Virus record (IMG/VR): IMGVR_UViG_3300041955_000566
DNA length: 64,000 bases
Source: an uncultured virus (IMG/VR IMGVR_UViG_3300041955_000566)
Lineage: Duplodnaviria; Heunggongvirae; Uroviricota; Caudoviricetes
Reading direction: 5' to 3' (one strand)
The translations under genes were made by a program, and so were the position numbers. A model generated the notes under the pieces. That model did not search any database. It saw nothing but the letters and a program-made list of their open reading frames with translations, and was not told the origin of the DNA. Below are positions 62,436-64,000 of the stretch, one piece after another (positions within the stretch are counted from its first letter, which is position 1; the number at the start of each line of letters is the position of its first letter).

Positions 62436-63036
62436 GGTGAAACAATCTATAGGCCCGAAAGAACTGGCACAACGCGAACTGCAAAAAAATAAACTGTCCC
62501 GCGCGCACCAGATGATGATCGAGGACGGTTGCCCCGAGAAATTCCTTCGGACCGGTTCTGGCCCGAAGATAAAACGGCCAAATGCGAGCAGTGGTGTCGC
62601 CCTGGCACCACCACTTGCGGTGCAGAAAGCGATTGCTGCCGATCTTGAGGATGATGAGGTCTCGACACCACCACTTCAGGAATTCCAAGCGGTCGCGAAG
62701 TTAAGAGAAAAAGTAAAACAAACAACTGCGCCGGTACTTCCGGTGACAGAACCAGCAAAGGAGAGAGCCATGAAGAAGGCCAAAACCAAAAAAACCAAAT
62801 CGAAGAAGGTAGCAGCGAAGGCGAAGATCGAAGGTGCCGTCCGCGCCGGCAGTAAATTGGAAATCGTTTCCGGACTCCTGCAGCGACCGGAAGGCTGCAC
62901 CGCTGCGGAGATTCTCGCAGCATGTGGCTGGCCTTCCGTGTCAGTTCCGGCAATGGCGAAGGCTGCAGGGCTCGTGCTGTCGAAGGAAAAGGACGGCAAG
63001 GTCTCCCGTTATCACGGTGTGCCGGCTGCGGCCTAA
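62416..63036 (+). CDS. DUF3489-like DNA-binding protein (alternative start 62770)
   Basis: RAGSK...LL.RPEG.T..EI..A.GW. Confidence 0.7.
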   Translation: MKPRSTEVKQSIGPKELAQRELQKNKLSRAHQMMIEDGCPEKFLRTGSGPKIKRPNASSGVALAPPLAVQKAIAADLEDDEVSTPPLQEFQAVAKLREKVKQTTAPVLPVTEPAKERAMKKAKTKKTKSKKVAAKAKIEGAVRAGSKLEIVSGLLQRPEGCTAAEILAACGWPSVSVPAMAKAAGLVLSKEKDGKVSRYHGVPAAA

Positions 63037-63078
63037 TACGTCAGTTTCTCAATTAGGCGGTTACTGGTGCGTTTATCG

Positions 63079-63107
63079 GAGGGGGCGGCTCTTGGGCCGC
63101 CCCTTTC
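63079..63107. terminator. Hairpin between convergent genes
   Basis: GGGGCGGC-TCTTGG-GCCGCCCC-TTT. Confidence 0.55.
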
Positions 63108-63112
63108 CCTGT

Positions 63113-63442
63113 TCAGGCTGTCTTTAAGCGCCGGTATTCGACTGGTCGCCCTTCGCGGCCAGCTCGATCGATGCCTTTTCGCATCCCTTCGCTGATCCCG
63201 TGGTCCTCATAAACGATCGTTGCTTCGGCGACGCGACCCCAAGCCAGCCCGGCTTCGATGCCGGCTCGGCGTTCCTCCGGCTTGGCATCATCGAGTATTC
63301 CCGGCCACAAGAGATGGCTCGCTATCGGGCTCTCCGATCTCCGCAGGCTGTCCAGCATGCACTGCTTTGCGTACCTTACGTTTGCGTCCGTTTCCTCTGG
63401 TGTCCGCCCGCGGAAAGGTGATTCCAAAATCACAAGTCGCAT
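63113..63442 (-). CDS. Conserved phage protein (nucleoside deoxyribosyltransferase-like fold, tentative)
   Basis: VILESPF.G...N..YA...P.ASHL...ER..G...GIS.GM. Confidence 0.75.
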   Translation of the reverse strand: MRLVILESPFRGRTPEETDANVRYAKQCMLDSLRRSESPIASHLLWPGILDDAKPEERRAGIEAGLAWGRVAEATIVYEDHGISEGMRKGIDRAGREGRPVEYRRLKTA

Positions 63443-63478
63443 CTAAATGCCCCACCTTTTGGTTTCTGTCGGTCCCAT

Positions 63479-63712
63479 TTAATGTGGCACCGACGACGGG
63501 ACTCTGAAAAATTGATTTCTACAACTTTGGCACGTTTCACGATTTCTATTTTCAGAATGAAAACGATAAGAATTTGCGAAAGATATTTTTGTAGAACATG
63601 ACTTACACCGAAGTGATTTATTATCTGATCTAATCAATTCATCCCGGCCACAATCAGTGCAAATGCGCAGCCTCGGTATGCTTCCTTTTGTTTTTAATTT
63701 ATGGGTCAGCAT
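63479..63712 (-). CDS. AT-rich Zn-ribbon ORF, possible homing endonuclease remnant
   Basis: Three CxxC pairs; no nuclease domain in frame. Confidence 0.4.
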   Translation of the reverse strand: MLTHKLKTKGSIPRLRICTDCGRDELIRSDNKSLRCKSCSTKISFANSYRFHSENRNRETCQSCRNQFFRVPSSVPH

Positions 63713-63810
63713 TGGCTTGCTGTGGAGGGGATTGGCACCGGGGTTAAGCCGGGTGGCTGGGGGGGTAGGGAGAATCCGGATTTGCCCCGGTGCCCGTCGG
63801 AGAGAACCAC

Positions 63811-63993
63811 CTACACCGACGCATCTTGATTACCCTGATCGGTTTCAGATTTCAACTCGGCACGGCGGGCCGCGCACAGTTCAGTTTGTAACGCGGCGAC
63901 TTCCTTTTGCATATCGGAGCTGCGCTCGCGGGCAAATTTCATGAGACCATCGGCTAATGACCGAGCTATATTAGCCATGTCGATATCACTCAC
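63811..63993 (-). CDS. Hypothetical small protein
   Basis: 60-aa helical ORF. Confidence 0.5.
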   Translation of the reverse strand: MSDIDMANIARSLADGLMKFARERSSDMQKEVAALQTELCAARRAELKSETDQGNQDASV

Positions 63994-64000
63994 GCGGTTC

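Overview
A 64-kb piece of a tailed phage or prophage (about 55% GC by eye). The host is probably alphaproteobacterial; this is inferred from CTTGAC-N17 promoters, a tRNA-His with no encoded G-1, and a GcrA-like HTH. The late genes lie on the minus strand in this order: terS, terL, DUF1073-type portal, MuF, DUF2213 protease, scaffold, decoration protein, DUF2184-type major capsid protein, DUF4054 neck protein, then further virion genes running off the left end. Two large islands interrupt this module. (1) Between portal and MuF (about 29.6-42.4 kb) are RtcB, 39 hand-folded tRNA genes covering all 20 amino acids, three HNH genes, several unexplained structured RNAs and a plus-strand early operon. 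(2) Between capsid and neck genes (about 9.1-21.5 kb) is a sugar-nucleotide/glycosylation cluster: HldE-like, GmhA, radical SAM, split TPP enzyme, a 1094-aa Ser/Thr-rich fibre, a GH16-like protein and an OGT/GT41 transferase. The strongest candidates for undescribed biology are four. (a) A serine recombinase sits between two divergent arrays of small ORFs whose junctions share a conserved motif (CAAACAATAGAGGCCGCC, 10 copies on one side), which looks like a gene-cassette system. (b) An intein in the radical-SAM CxxxCxxC motif has its endonuclease overprinted in the +1 frame. (c) Portal and protease are fused to histidine phosphatase, RelA/SpoT-like and Nudix domains, separated by candidate xAxD processing sites. 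(d) The sugar cluster may be a virion glycosylation system. All family calls come from recognising motifs by eye; no database search was run.
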